NCBI GenBank assembly: GCA_973851085.1
Contig: OZ316776.1
Coordinates: forward strand, 4,340,001-4,404,000
Direction of reading: 5' to 3'
Length of the DNA: 64,000 nucleotides
DNA from: Ptychomitrium polyphyllum
Lineage: Eukaryota
The translations under genes were made by a program, and so were the position numbers. Positions 11,201-24,819 of this stretch are shown here, piece by piece (position 1 is the first letter of the stretch; each line of letters begins with the position of its first letter). The notes beneath the pieces are model-generated. The model saw nothing but the letters and a program-made list of their open reading frames with translations. It had not been told where the DNA came from and ran no database searches.

Positions 11201-14200
11201 GATATCGCACATTGACAAAGCGCTAGAAAAAAACTTGATGTGATCTGGCGCTCAGCTCTGCTAATTCCTTCTTGACTAGCGTCAACGTCAATGAGAGGTT
11301 TTCGAAATGAGTTACAACAGCGCAAATAATGATTGTACAAGCAGCGGACCTGGACCAGCAGTATTGCCTCCAACAGCAGCCATCACCTGACTAAAGTAAG
11401 TTGCGATTGTCTGCACCACACAAAGCAAACACAGTGAACTACTGAAGACGTGCAACTATTATCAATTCAAATATCTGTCTACTTATGATGCAGTAGAAAT
11501 GTTCTATTGAAGGCTCACACAGGTCGAATGGCTTGCATGAGCTCAAACATCAAAATACGACCTCAAATGCCAAATATGAAGGCAGATTTACACCTTATAA
11601 TAGGTCAACAAGATTGAGCATAAATCACACTAGCTATGACACTCCAAACAAAGAGCAGATGTACAGACGTTGTATAAAATCCAGGATATCTATGCATTCG
11701 TATGTCGTGTAAGATGATTTTACCCACCTGTTCATTCGCCATAGGTGGTAGGCCGCCAACATACACTCGACGAGCATGCCTCGTAGCCTACAAAGTAATC
11801 GCCAGAAAATCAGGTCTATAACCAGACTTCAATATATAACCATCCTCCTATCTTAAACCGCTCTCTCTGAAGGGTAGAGTCTTGGCAGCTCAATCAAAAT
11901 GGCAGGCCACCACCTCTAACACAGCTTGTTACAAAAACGTTACTCAGCAAGAAGCATAATCACCTGTTGAGTCATGGCTTGTGCTGGCATTCCAGGAATA
12001 CCTCCAAACTGCTAAACCACCAAACAAGTCAATTATAATATGAACCAAAGGGCTCATCAAACCATACATATAGCGAATACATACAATCACTGTACTCAAG
12101 TCAAACTTTGAAAAACTGCACAAAACAAGCTAAGCACGTACCTGTGTCCCGCCAAATGGGAACATCCCTGGAAATACTCCAGGCATGGGTTGTGACATCC
12201 CAGGAATTTGACCTGAAAGGCGTAACAGAAATTTCGTGAGACTACAGGGACCGGATATATCATGACATTCTTTGTGAACCCAAAATTTGAAGGAAAAGAG
12301 AGAGACAACAGTCCATGTCATCTAGTCCAAATATTACAAAATTAAGATCATATTAAAGGATTAAAACAACATCCACCACTGTCAAGATTGCTGTTCTTAA
12401 ATCTACAGAGTCATCAGCTATGATAGTTTAAAGTATATACACATACTTTGGCAGGTTATATGCACTGACACTGAAAAAGCTAAACGTCATCACGTAGGAT
12501 TCTGAATGGAATAATCACTGTTTACGTCCAGAACCACTTTCAATAGTGTTTTGTAGGTTCTCAAATGACAAGTACTCCATACCAAATTTGTGAATCATAT
12601 TAAGCTTCATAGATTGATAACCACCAAATGCATTTGCTCAGATGAACTGAAGCAGCAAATATTAACCAACACCAAGGTAATCCATCACTTCCTTGTTGAT
12701 AAATCACACCTTAGCAGGGACCCTATGCGCTTCATGGAGAGGGCACAGGGCTCGATTGATGCCTTTCGCAACCACGAAGCATACAAAGACAACCACAGAC
12801 AAACAAACAACAAGGAAACAACAACCAAACACCAAAGCACAGACTTCCTCAGTTCCAAATCAAAATTCTGTCCGACAATACTCACAATTTTAATAGCGAA
12901 AAAGACAAAAATAAAGAGAAGTACAACCTATCAAGCAAGCTAAATGAATACAACCAGTCGAATTTTCTATTGTCCACGTGGATAATTGATACCAAAAGCC
13001 ACTGTATTATAGACATTCTACAAATATGTAACACTCAGGATTAATATAAGCTAAACATCGTCCATTTCAGTTCATTTATCATTTGAGCAACAGCCTACAA
13101 AGCCTATAGAGAAACAAACACATGAGCAATATACTTGAAGTTCATTTAGTGCATTTGTCAATTGAAACGTCACATCATCATAATGTCCATACAAACCTGG
13201 TATTCCAGCACCGGGAACAATAGCTGCACCAGGTGGAGCCATGTCAAATCCACTTGTTTTCCTACAAAAAGAAGCACGCAACTACTTGTGAGCACTAATA
13301 CTGCTAGAAAGGGCGCACCATAAATCCACCTTGAAGACAACATCGAAGACAGAGCAAATGCTCTATTTCAATACACTTTCAAGTGCCAGCCATGGAACTA
13401 TATTATGATTGCCAACCGTTAACAGCTAGCTGCCCAGACAACCGCCTGATCAGAAACATAGCCTCAAATCCAGAGGCATGCCGGTGCTCGACATTGCATT
13501 AGCTTGAAAATCCCAAAGTACTAATAGTAACAACTGGCTGAAACCTTCTTGATCGAGATGGAGATCTTGAACGAGATCTGGATCTAGAGTAATCCCGCGA
13601 TCGCCCTTGAGAACCAGATCGAGATCGATGTCGATGCCTCCTGTCTCGGTCACCTCTGTCATAATCACGACTGCGTCTGCATTTGTAACACAATATGATT
13701 TCAATAATATGACACATAGACCACAACCAAGAGGTTAAAATATAAAGACAGCCTGTCAAAATAGATGAGGACCAAGTGTCAATGACCTGCAAAAATAATG
13801 AATTAGAAACTCTTTACCTCCAAAGTTATGGCTGTAACAGTCTGCATGAAATGAAAATCAGAGTTCAGCAAAACATTACAAAACAAGACGCTTACCTTTC
13901 CCTATCATGGCTGCGGTGACGCTCGCGGTCCCGGTCCCTGTCCCTGTCTCTATCCCTATCTCCTCTGTCTATTTCACGATTTAAATCAAAATGTCGATGG
14001 CGACGATCTTTTCCCCTGTCACGATCTCTCTCTCGATCCCTGTCCCGGCTCCTTTCTCCGTCTCTATCAGATTCTCGAGAGCCACGCTGCAATGCACACA
14101 CTTAATGACATGTAAGACGAATTCTTTGAAAATTTACAGCTATTGTGATGTGCAAGGATCGAAATATGTTCATACAGGACTAGCTAATAAAAATGGACCT

Positions 14201-15388
14201 AGAACTACGCAACACAACACCTTACGATCAAAGGAATCCTACCAATAAAAGAAGGTGAGGGGTAGACCTCTTCACTGTGTATGAACACATGAGAAACTGC
14301 AAAACGAGGACGCCAGATAAAAACTTCGCCAGACAAGAAGGTTTCAAGAGAACACAACGGACAGTGCTCACCACCACTACTCAACACTAAGCTCAAATTC
14401 TCAACGTGTACAGTCCATTACACCAAGTGACACTACGTCAGATTTACCATCACATTCAAGCATTAATGTGATAGAGCCATCTACATGGTGATCATGTAAT
14501 AGTCGTAGATGTGGAGGATAAGGCATCCCTCCGTCAACCTTTTCTCAACATCAGTGCTCTTTAACCGGAATCCTTCCGAACTACGCACATGAAGGAAACA
14601 CCAAAAGCAACAAACATGTCCATTAAAATACAGAATCGGTCAAAATAAACTAGACCGCAAACAGAAAAATGCTGTACCTTACATTCGAATGTTTTCGTCA
14701 CCTACGTAGTCGATACTACCACCTAAGAAATATGCATTTCAGAGTGTACGTGTAAGACGCTGAATATTGCGACCATGTGGTAAACACAGCTCGCAGGTTT
14801 CCTGAATTTTGAACCACAGAGTATCGTCTTCACAAAAAAAAACTTACATTGTTTACAAGGTTACTTAATAAATTAATCATCCGCTCCAGAGGCAAACAAA
14901 GGATATCCGTCACCTTCTCACTCCCTACCAGAGTTCAAGAGTCGCCAAACGATTGTCCTCGATCAGCTGCTCGATGTGCTAACCATTGCCGAGCGCGACA
15001 CAGAAAAAGTGTCCGCCAGTGATTATAGCCAAAAACATCGAAATTGTAGCACAACGTCATGCACAAAATTTAGACAACAAAACGCCAATTCTATCGAAAT
15101 CGCCACCAATAGCCTACTCCACAACAAGAGCCACAGGACCTCAGACGCAACCAAGCGAAAATATAACTCGACGACATCTACCTCCCGCTGAGCTTCTCAA
15201 AGAACTCAGACCGATTGCTCCACATCCGACGCTCATCTCACACGACCTGACACGGCGACCTAAACCAACACCTCGGAGTAGGACTAGGATCATACCTCCC
15301 GCCGCCTCTCGCCGTTGTACTCCCCGTTGTAAGAGCGGGGCGGAGGCGAGTGGCCATACTCATACGGGCCCCCTTCGTCGTCTGCCAT
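8261..15388 (-). CDS. U2AF65: Splicing factor U2AF large subunit (RS domain, RRM1, RRM2, UHM)
   Basis: ATG at 15388 (MADDEGGPYEYGH...), RD/RS exons, then KTSGFDMAPP, ATRHARRVYVGGLPP, EKKFAFVEMR, DRIFVGGLPYYLTEVQIKELLESFG, DLVKDRDTGNSKGYGFCVY and VGKVFVEY...GRRFGGNSVVAVYYSEEKFADGDYGA*. Stop codon at 8261-8263. Confidence 0.97.
9697..9785 (-). other. U2AF65: U2AF65 RRM2 alternative exon B (89 nt), paralogue of exon A
   Basis: cag|GAC CCA TCA ... GCA AG|gttggc; encodes DPSVVDIACATLNGMKMDDKTLNVRRATA(S). Confidence 0.85.
9861..9949 (-). other. U2AF65: U2AF65 RRM2 alternative exon A (89 nt)
   Basis: cag|GAC CCA GCT ... GCC AG|gtagag; encodes DPAVTDVAIGALNGLKMGDKTLSVRRASA(S). Confidence 0.85.
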
Positions 15389-18006
15389 CCGCGCCAAGGC
15401 CACTCACAGCGGCGCTAATCCTTCCTTCCGCCGTCCCGCTACTCCGCCGTTCGCCTTCTCTGCGCGCGCGCGCTCTTTATCGCTATGTCCGGGCGATGCG
15501 ACGAGCAGCCGCGAGGTGAAGCAGAGGAAGGCAGAGTGGCGATGGCGAAACCCTAGGTCTGATGGCGATGGTTGTGTGGCAACTCTTCGCCTCCCGACAC
15601 CCTCTCCACACTCTCCACGCTCTCCCCACGTCCCTGCAAATGGTCACACCCTACCACCGTCACCGTATCCCGGAACCAGCACCTTCTACTGCTGACTTAT
15701 ATTTCGCTCCGTGGAATCTACAGAACGCATCAACAGTGTCGGCTTTAGGTGCAGTGTCGGTTTTGTGTATAGACCCCTTACCCTGCCTGTTGGGCGTAGG
15801 CTGCTTCAATTCCCAATTCAGTGGGGTCAACTTACTCATGTGCGAGATAACAGAGGAGGCCAGACTCTTCTGTGAAGATGTGGTGTACTTTGTAACTTGG
15901 AGCGTACCTTGCTTACTGTTATTATTAGAGCCTACAACACTGTTAATGTATATCACATAACTAGTTACAGTTTCCTATGTACGGTTGATATTCTTTGGTA
16001 CAATTGTATTGAAACTATCGAAACAACTAATGTTTCTGTATTCGGACAGAGCAACATTTTTTTTTACTTATTTATTTACAATCAATAAATAATACGAAAT
16101 TGAATATTGAATTATAAATACTTAAAATTTGATTTCTAAACTATCATAATTCCTCACAAGATAAGGTGGACTAAAATTGGTCGTATCAGAGATTGAGAGG
16201 GATTAAATTGGGATAGTAGTGTTTAAACTTAGGAATTTATAAGTCTAATCTCTTGTTGAATCAAACATGCAATAAGAATATGTATTTTGGTTGATGCAAA
16301 TGTTTCAAATCAATTCTACAAAAAATTAAAAACAAGTTTATAAAATCACCAATTTGATAAATTACAATAAGGAAAATTTTAGAAAATATTTTTTAAAGAG
16401 AATATCTTTTATTAAAGAAGTTTGAATTGTCATTGGTTTATACAATCTAAAGGCAAATGATTGGAGAAAAATTCCAAATGGTTAATTCTTAATTAAAAAT
16501 GAAGAATATTAATATCTCGTTTGATTAAATAGGTCAAGTTGGTAACAGCCGTCATTTAACACTTGGAATGCATTTTTTTTCCTTAAGCCTATAAGGTTGG
16601 TAATTTACAAACATTTAAAGAAAAATATCCTACTAATTTCTAATTCTATGGATATTTAATCATCAACTACAAAATAAATTGTTCATGTAATTTTCTTTTT
16701 ATTTGATATTCCTCCATAAGCTAGGAGTTTAAAGACAAGAACATCAAAGATCAATCCTACATGTTAATTTTTCAAAGTAAATAAACCTAATTCTTCAATT
16801 ATATATAAATTTGTAAAAACTATTTATATATATAATTTATCTACAACAACAGTTTTTCATATATCTTTATTTGTGTTAAGCCAACATTACTTGTTGTGCA
16901 TATACCAATTAATGGATCTCTTATAATAAATGAAACATTCATATAACATTAAAGTTGATCATTTTAATTGACATAGTAGAATTTGATATTGGATTAAAAA
17001 ATTTGCCTAAAATAGAATACAAAAGACTTTAATTGAAGCTTTGTCTTAATTTTTTCTTCAAAATTAAATAAAAAAATTGACACCTAAAAGTTGGCTCTTT
17101 TCACTTCTAACTAGTTTCTTATTTACAAATTGAAAAGTCCTTTTTGCCTTAGTTCTTAGTTTAAAAATAAATAAATAGTTTTTGAATAATATATATTTTA
17201 TGAATTGATCTTTTAAAACCTCATAACTACAAAATAAATTCTTGATATGTTCTAAATAAGATTTGCACTTCATTACAATAATTGTAATCTTCTTCCTATT
17301 TCAAATTAAAATTTAATTAAGTTAGAAAAAATTATGAAGATTTATGCCTAAATCTTAATAATTTCCTTGTTGAATTACCTTATGTTTGAAGATTCTACAC
17401 AAATCATTTTCTATTTAAAAACTATGCTAGAATTACTGTGGTAAATTCAAAATATGAAAATAGTAAATTCATGATGGCAGAGGAAAAAGAGAGTCCTCAC
17501 AATCAAGTGCAGAACAACCAAAGTACCCAACATAAGGAATTATTGCAAACCATACTAAATTACAACCACTTCCCTAATTACCTCAATCCCCTTCGCATGC
17601 CTCAGTAGCTGAGATGAGTATTTATTTATTTAAAATACAAATAGAATTTGAAAACACGATATACACTTTTGCTTTATACATACATACATACAACATATAC
17701 CAGATTCTTACTTAAAAAGATCATCATTATCATTATAGCATCATCGGTGAAGACAATGACATTGGTCTACATCGAATGGGCTTTATAGGCAACAAGTCAT
17801 GCAAAAACCCAAGTTATTTCTCGCAGAATGTCATCCAAATAAGGAAGTACACCCTTACTAGGGGTCCTGGAACCCGCCCACTCTATATATGCCCTAAAGG
17901 ACGATTTTGGGATTCTCTGACTTACCCGTCTCTCCTATTTGCTGACATACTGGTATAGTGTCGAAATATTGCTATCCTGAAAGATTAAGGCGTTAACGAG
18001 CGCTAG

Positions 18007-20397
18007 TTACATTGGCACATGTAACGCTTCTTTTTCCGCCCTCTCTGCCCTGCACAGTAAAGAAAATACAGAAACAATATAAGCATTTAGTTATATATAT
18101 TTCCCAAAGCACTAGACTAAAGGACAAAGGTTCTAAACCCTCCTAAAAGTGATCAGCTGAAAGATGATAACTGATAGTAGAGGTAATATTTAATATTACC
18201 AAGAGTAGTTTGCGAATACAGTGGTTATAATACAAACCACAATGTCAACGAACATAGACAACCTCCTCCTAGAACTCCCTTCACAGACAAGCTTGAACAT
18301 AAGATTAATGTCAAGAGTCATCTCAAGAGCTAAAGGGTAGACATTGAAGAGGATCAGAATCTGATTTAGTTATAGACTAGGCTCAAACTTACACGAACGT
18401 ATCAAGAGACTAAGCCCGTTCTTTATAGTTGATGAAGAACCCATTGACTTACCAACAGTAACGAAGCTTGAACCTTATAGTAAACAAAGAGATTCATATG
18501 AAGGTAAGAAAGGTAACCTACTTGCGTACACAAAATCTAAATTCTCTCCCTCTTCTCACATCCAATTCTCCCTCCTCCAACTGCACAGTCGCATCAACAA
18601 TTTTGTTGGTTGGATATGAATCGCAATACAAACACCAAGCATCAAATGTGTGAAATGCTGTATTGAATGGCAACGGCTTACAACATAGTCACATACATGA
18701 CCGTATTATGCAATGGCCAGAAGGAGCAGTAATATCCGAGAAACCTAAGGAAAACCTAAGAGCGTAGTGGAATCTGGTGAAGATGTGATAACTTACTGGA
18801 TCTGTCCCATAGATGGACTCGTAGCAAGCGGAAGATAAACATTTCATTGCGCAATTTTCCTTATCGATTGCTGATGCTTTGCACGCTTGACCCCATAGTC
18901 CACTGTAAAAGCAAAAGAATCTAAAAGGTAAACCATCAACTTTAGAACAACTGCAAACTTCTTATGCACATACCCACTGTCATCTGAGGAAAATGGCAAT
19001 TTATGAGAGATGAGAATTTATACCAGAATGAAAGAGCTGTTACACTCGCATGTACTGCCTATGTAGATGTACATCCAGCAGATGAGATGAAAATAGATGT
19101 GCAAAACTTTTAGTTCGCCAAAATGAGGTGTTCCTTCACGAATCAAAATAATTGCAAAAATGTATCTAAGAGCACATTCACACGGATGCAATGTACTTTA
19201 GGGTCACATACATCACAATTCGAGAAACTAGTTCTTCTTGAAACTTTAAACCCGAGATAAGATTTATAAGAGAAACGAGATTTAAATAACTACCGTGGGT
19301 TCAAAATTTGCATTAGTAGATAAGTTTGTAACCTCATAGGTCACTACGTCCTTGTAATAGTTTAGAAAACCAAATATTGAACTGCAGATCCAGTCCATAT
19401 CGAAGGAAAATAGATTGCAGACTTGCCTACATGTCAATGTCTTGATAACAGACGGACATCCGCTGACGATAAACTTTCTCCTGCCATTTCTGCAAACAAG
19501 AGAAAATCGATTTAAAAAAAAAATTCACTTTAACATTGTTCTTGTTCTCGTTAGCACCCTTTCACAGACCGAGAAACCAAGAAGTTAAAATATCTTAATG
19601 GTCACATTGACAGATTAAATAAGCCCCTCGCAACTTCTGTCCACATCCTAGTGCAAGAGGCTATTTGCTAATAGCCTCTGTCAAGTACGTGCACGTATAA
19701 ACCATAGCTTCCCATTGCAATTATTTAAGCCGATTCAGTAAGACGTCTCCATCAACTCACAACAAAAAACCTGCAGTTCGTGATGATTCAAGGTTGATAG
19801 ATAGCGTATGCTTCATCAACCAAGACTAACAAAAGGACAAAAAAATGCAGAGGAGAAGCTTAAACCCTTCGTATCAAATCTTGAGAAATGGAGAATGCAA
19901 AAAAGAAAACAACCTAGCGTGCATAGTTATCAAGACTAGAGCACTCATGATACCAAGTTCGAGCAACAACACCAAATAGCGAGTACTTAGTCAGTGAATC
20001 ATCTTGGGCTCAAGAACAATTTCTCCCTTCACGAATGTCAACGAAATTGAATCCGCAATGCTCGCATGAGCCCTAATCATATGATCGCAAGAAAACCAAA
20101 AACCACCGGAGCCAAATTCCGAAAATCAACAAAATCAAAAAAATCCAGCACCTTCGCGGAAACCCTACCCGCACAATTCACAACAAAAACTGCAAACCTG
20201 AACCTGCAAGTACGAAATCAGTGGACGCATCAGACTTGGTCGTGAGCACGTAAAGGAGTGGCACATACACTGAGCGGAGAGGGACCATAGTGGTGGCTGA
20301 GCAGGAGCGCCTGCGCTGGAGCCGCGTGGTGCATGAGCAAGAGCAGGAACAAGAGCAGCATGAGGAAGACCGGAAGCTTGAACGCCGCGGTCGTCAT
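18007..20397 (-). CDS. Small secreted Cys-containing protein, DUF4787-like, 5 exons
   Basis: Spliced product: MTTAAFKLPVFLMLLLFLLLLMHHAAPAQA (signal peptide)...LS|KWQEKVYRQRMSVCYQDIDI|GLWGQACKASAIDKENCAMKCLSSACYESIYGTDP|LEEGELDVRRGREFRFCVRK|AERAEKEALHVPM*. The motif ENCxxKCxSxxCYxxIYxxDPLEEGExD is characteristic of the family. Confidence 0.8.
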
Positions 20398-21415
20398 GTC
20401 GATGCAGATGCAGCCACGGAAACAAAGATGGAGTGCGCCTCGGCAGGCAGAGTGGTCGCACCAAAATCGTAGCCCAGGCATACACTAGTGCGTCACCAAG
20501 TCAGTAAGTGGAAAAACCGAGCACGCTGTGAAGCGCAGGCACAGTGAGCGAGTGAGTGGCAGTACACTCCTATCCTAGCGCAGCGCCAACGACACCATGA
20601 GTGAAGAGGTGAGTGAGCTTGTGGCGATGGCGATGGCGATGGAGTTGCAACTCTTGGTCTCCAAGCTCGCGCTCTCTCTCTCCCCCCTCAGAAAACCTCC
20701 TTTCGTCACTTTGACATGGCGCATGCTGCCAACATGAATGAACCCGTGCTATTCCCCAATTGGTTCATGCCATCTTAAAATCCACATGACATCCTCATTA
20801 CCTGCACATGGTACCCACCACATAACATCCGCATGACATCCTTAAGACATCCACGTGACATCCAAATGTGGATTTGAACGTTGTCAGAATAACATCAACA
20901 TGCCTTGAATTAAAATCATGTTAGAATGACATAGGTTATAATGGCACCAAAATGATATTATTTCAAATCCATTTGAAGATTTTATTATCATTTTAACTTG
21001 TGTCATTTCAAGACATTTCAATCCAAGACAATTCTTCTCTCAAATTCATAAATAAACATATTTATTGCATGAGTTCTTAAGATTGTACACTATTGCCAAG
21101 TATACTTACTTGCCATTTCTAACCGTTACTCCAAGCTTCTCCTCATATATGCTATAAAATCACACTGAAGTTCAAACAAGCGAAAAAGTCAAGCGGAAAA
21201 GTGAGAGAGAAAAAGAAGAATCCTGAAGCAATGACGGGCCAGCCCTGGACCCGACCCGGCCCGCAAATAAGAGGAAGTCTCGTTGTAGAGAGAGACAGAG
21301 ACTGAGAGTGAGAGTGGCGAGAAAGCATTGATTTCATCGTTTTGTTGCGTGGCTCTCGCCATCGCCGTCGCCATCAGTGCTCTCACGCTGCGGCTCACCC
21401 TGCGAGGCCTTCACC

Positions 21416-24400
21416 ATGGTGCGTACCCGTGCTTTCCATGCTGCCATCGTATTTGTTCTGTCAGCTGCTTCCAATTGGGCGTCTGCTCTCTTTCTGCGCT
21501 GGCGAGGCTAGGTCGGGAGTCGGTGTTTGGGGTTTCGTCGAGCAGTGTACTGATTGTGGCGTTCATGGTTGGTTCGACAGGGGGATAGGAAGCTGGATGC
21601 TAAGATTGAGGCGCTGCTGAATGAGGAGAAACAAATGCGTCTTGCTGCAGATGTCGCTGGTACGAGGAAGGTGGTGATTGAGATCATGCGGTTGTGCTAT
21701 GAGGCCAAGGCGTGGAAGACTCTTAACGAGCAGATTCTGCTTCTGTCGAAGCGACGGTCGCAACTGAAACAAGTAAGTGTTTGTAGCTGTGCTGGTTCTT
21801 GAGGTTGTGGAGATTTGGAGTTATGCCTTCGGTACGGGACTGTGATGATGAGCAATCATGGAGCTTTTTTATGGAGTGAGAGTTGTTCTGGGAGATGTAG
21901 TTTTGGCGATGCGTTCTATTCGCTGTTTTCGCATGCAATGTCTGCTGAATTGATCTTCGTGTATCTTTCTAGGTTGTAATTAGGGTTTTGTGTGGAAGTC
22001 CTTGGTACGCTACGACTTATTCCGAGTGAAGTTTTCGACCACGTTGACCTCAGTAACAACTTTTAGCTAGCTCACGCTTCAGGTTTTTTCCACGTGATAT
22101 AGTGCCCTTAAAGCTTGTTGATCATGTAATTGACTAGATTTTTTGATGTTGATGGTGATGTGCAGGCTGTGACTGCGATGGTGCAGCAAGTTATGCAGTA
22201 TATAGATGAAGCCCCAAATGTAGAAACTCGTATTGAGCTGATTGAGACTCTGAATACTGTGTCTGCCGGAAAGGTACTACTATCTTCTCCGTTTGTTCTG
22301 TTCTCATCGTATTCAAGATAAGAATATTAGTGGATAGCATTTCTTTCTAAAGAGTATTCTTTTTGATGCATCGTTGATGCTGAAACAGATATATGTGGAG
22401 ATAGAAAGAGCACGCTTAATCAAGAAGCTAGCAAAGATCCGAGAGGAGCAAGGACAAATTGCTGAAGCTGCAGATTGCATGCAAGAAGTTGCGGTATGAT
22501 ATTTCATCTTTAGTGAGTCGATGAGTTCGATGTTTTAAAAAGTGCACTTTGTTGGTGTCTTGAAAGACCCTGGGAAGCAGTTTGTGGTGTCAGAATCGGG
22601 AGGTTGTGTATGCAGCTTTACGATCAATAGCAGGTTTCTTATTCAACTTGGTATTTATGAATGCAGGTGGAGACTTTTGGTGCTATGGCAAAGACTGAGA
22701 AGATTGCTTTCATTCTTGAGCAGGTATGAGATTGTTTTGTTTGCAAACTATACGTTGCTTTCTAGCTCAAATTTGGAAGTCAGTTGGTAGTTGACAAATA
22801 GTTTTAATCATCATTGATAATAAAGTGGCGTGACAGGTTCGCCTTTGCCTTGACCACAAAGATTTTATTAGGGCTCAGATATTGTCAAGAAAAATAAATC
22901 CTAGAAGTTTCACTGAAACGCCTAGGCAAAAGAAGAAGGTCAAAGAAGCAGAAAGCATCATAGAGGAACCAGCTCCCGACGTGCCAACACTTCCGGAATT
23001 GAGGCGGATTTACTACGAGCTTATGATCAGGTTTGGGCTCTCACAAGTTACTCTATTGTATCAAAGTTTATAAGAGGCTATATTAGCGTGCTCTGATGTT
23101 GAAGAGACATGTTTTGAAAGTGAAAGTCATATTTAAGGTGTTGTTGGCTTTTTCTGTAGATACTACGCACATAATCATGAGTATTTGGAGATGTGTCGGA
23201 GTTATCAGGCTATATATGAAGCTCTTGTGAAGAATGAGGCACAATCTTCTGATACTGCTATGGCAATGGCAGGGCAGCTAGAATGGGTTCCTGTGAGTAT
23301 CTTAGGCTGCTCTTTTCTCAATGATGTTTTCCACAGTACTTTATTATTTCTTTTTAAGATGATTGAAGAAATGTCTAATTCTCTTACGATTTTGACTTTT
23401 GCGCCCTTCATTTGTTTACTTGGGGTGGGGATGGTGTCATAGATTTTGAGAAAGATATCTTGGAACTTAGTTCTGGCTCCTCATGATCCCATGCAATCCA
23501 GCTTAATGAATAGCACGCTTGAAGATAAGAAGTTGTCCGAAATTCCTAAGTTTCAGTACGTTACTTATCCAATGGTTTTTTGCATTCATGTGTTATGAGT
23601 GGTGAATTTTTTTGTTAAGGGGATTATTGAACTCAATGCTGTGGAACATTCCAACAAGGCTTGGAGCTATTTTCATGTGAAATGTCATTGTCCTGATATG
23701 GTTGGGATAGTATACTTTCAGACAATCTGCCTTTGCCTAGTTTGTTTTATTTTATGATTAATAGCATCTGGAAAGAGCAGGTGTTTTAATAATTTTGGCG
23801 AACTTACAAATAAAAGTGCAAGATAGTTGACTACGTAAGCTTTCATTGCTGTTGTTGCAGAGCGCTGCTAAAGCAGTTCATAACAATGGAAGTCATAAGG
23901 TGGGATCGCTTTTGGGAAGATTACAAGACTGAGTTTGAGCAGGAAGTTAATCTCCCTGGTGGCTCCCTTGGTGAGCAGGCAGCTGAGGATCTTCGCCAGC
24001 GAATTATTGAACATGTATGTATTTCATGCTGATTCCTGTGTAGGAGTGTGGATTGGAATTTTGGCTTGGTTGTCAGGTATAGCTTTTAGAATTATTATTA
24101 TCATTGATATCGTTTTCTTGACTTTCAGAAAAAATTTGGTGTCGATAACTGGTTTAGTATAGGGACGACTTGCGGGGATCCATTCTAATATGATACCTTG
24201 TTACAGAACATATTGGTAGTTTCCAAATATTACTCAAGAATCACATTGACGAGGCTCTCGGAGCTTTTGTGCCTCACTCCTCAGGTATTTCTTTTAAAGT
24301 TTATGCTTGTGTAATTTGCTCTTTTCTGTCTAGGCAATTGCATCTGCTACGCTCAATGACGTTTTAGTGTAGTCATTGTCATGTTGTGAACTAAGAACGA

Positions 24401-24819
24401 CTTACTAACGAGAGTGATAAAATTACTTATAATTAAAATTGCTTACCAATGCGGTAGCGCTCTTTAGGTGTGAGGCATGTTTGCTATTATGTCCGCTGAT
24501 GTCATCTTCAATTAGCAGTTTGTATCATTGTTGGATAGAGGTGCGTGCTAGGTTTACAATTCGTTTGCTCTATTTTCATATTGTGGTCATGTGACAGGAA
24601 ACCGAGAAGCACCTCTCAGATATGGTCGTATCCAAGGCTTTGATTGCGAAGGTTGACAGACCAGCAGGAATTGTCTGTTTTATCAGCAAGATGGATAGCA
24701 ATGATGTTCTGAACTCTTGGGCAGTCAATGTTGAGAAGTTGTTGGATCTTGTTGAGAAAAGTTGTCACCAGATTCACAAGGAAACAATGGTTCACAAAGT
24801 TACATTAAAAGTTCAGTAA
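21416..24819 (+). CDS. RPN5: 26S proteasome non-ATPase regulatory subunit 12 (PCI-domain lid subunit)
   Basis: ATG|gt at 21416-21418 spliced to [24 protein letters not shown]... Later exons give [47 protein letters not shown] and [25 protein letters not shown]. Confidence 0.95.

Noticed and set aside
13896..14086. GA/TC-rich repeats here and at 4061-4233 as microsatellites
   Set aside because: They are explained by the RD/RE/RS dipeptide coding exons.
14226..14274. Possible stop-containing cassette exon in U2AF65 intron 1 (cag|TGA...|gtaag)
   Set aside because: Splice-like dinucleotides alone are common, and there is no further support in the sequence.
16000..17700. Very AT-rich intergenic DNA (also 600-1700) as a MITE or TE remnant
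   Set aside because: I could not identify terminal repeats, target-site duplications or coding remnants by eye.
20760..20940. Recurring CA(C/T)(A/G)TGACATCC-like motifs between the DUF4787-like gene and RPN5
   Set aside because: Short, degenerate and irregularly spaced; cannot distinguish cis-elements from TE decay or chance.
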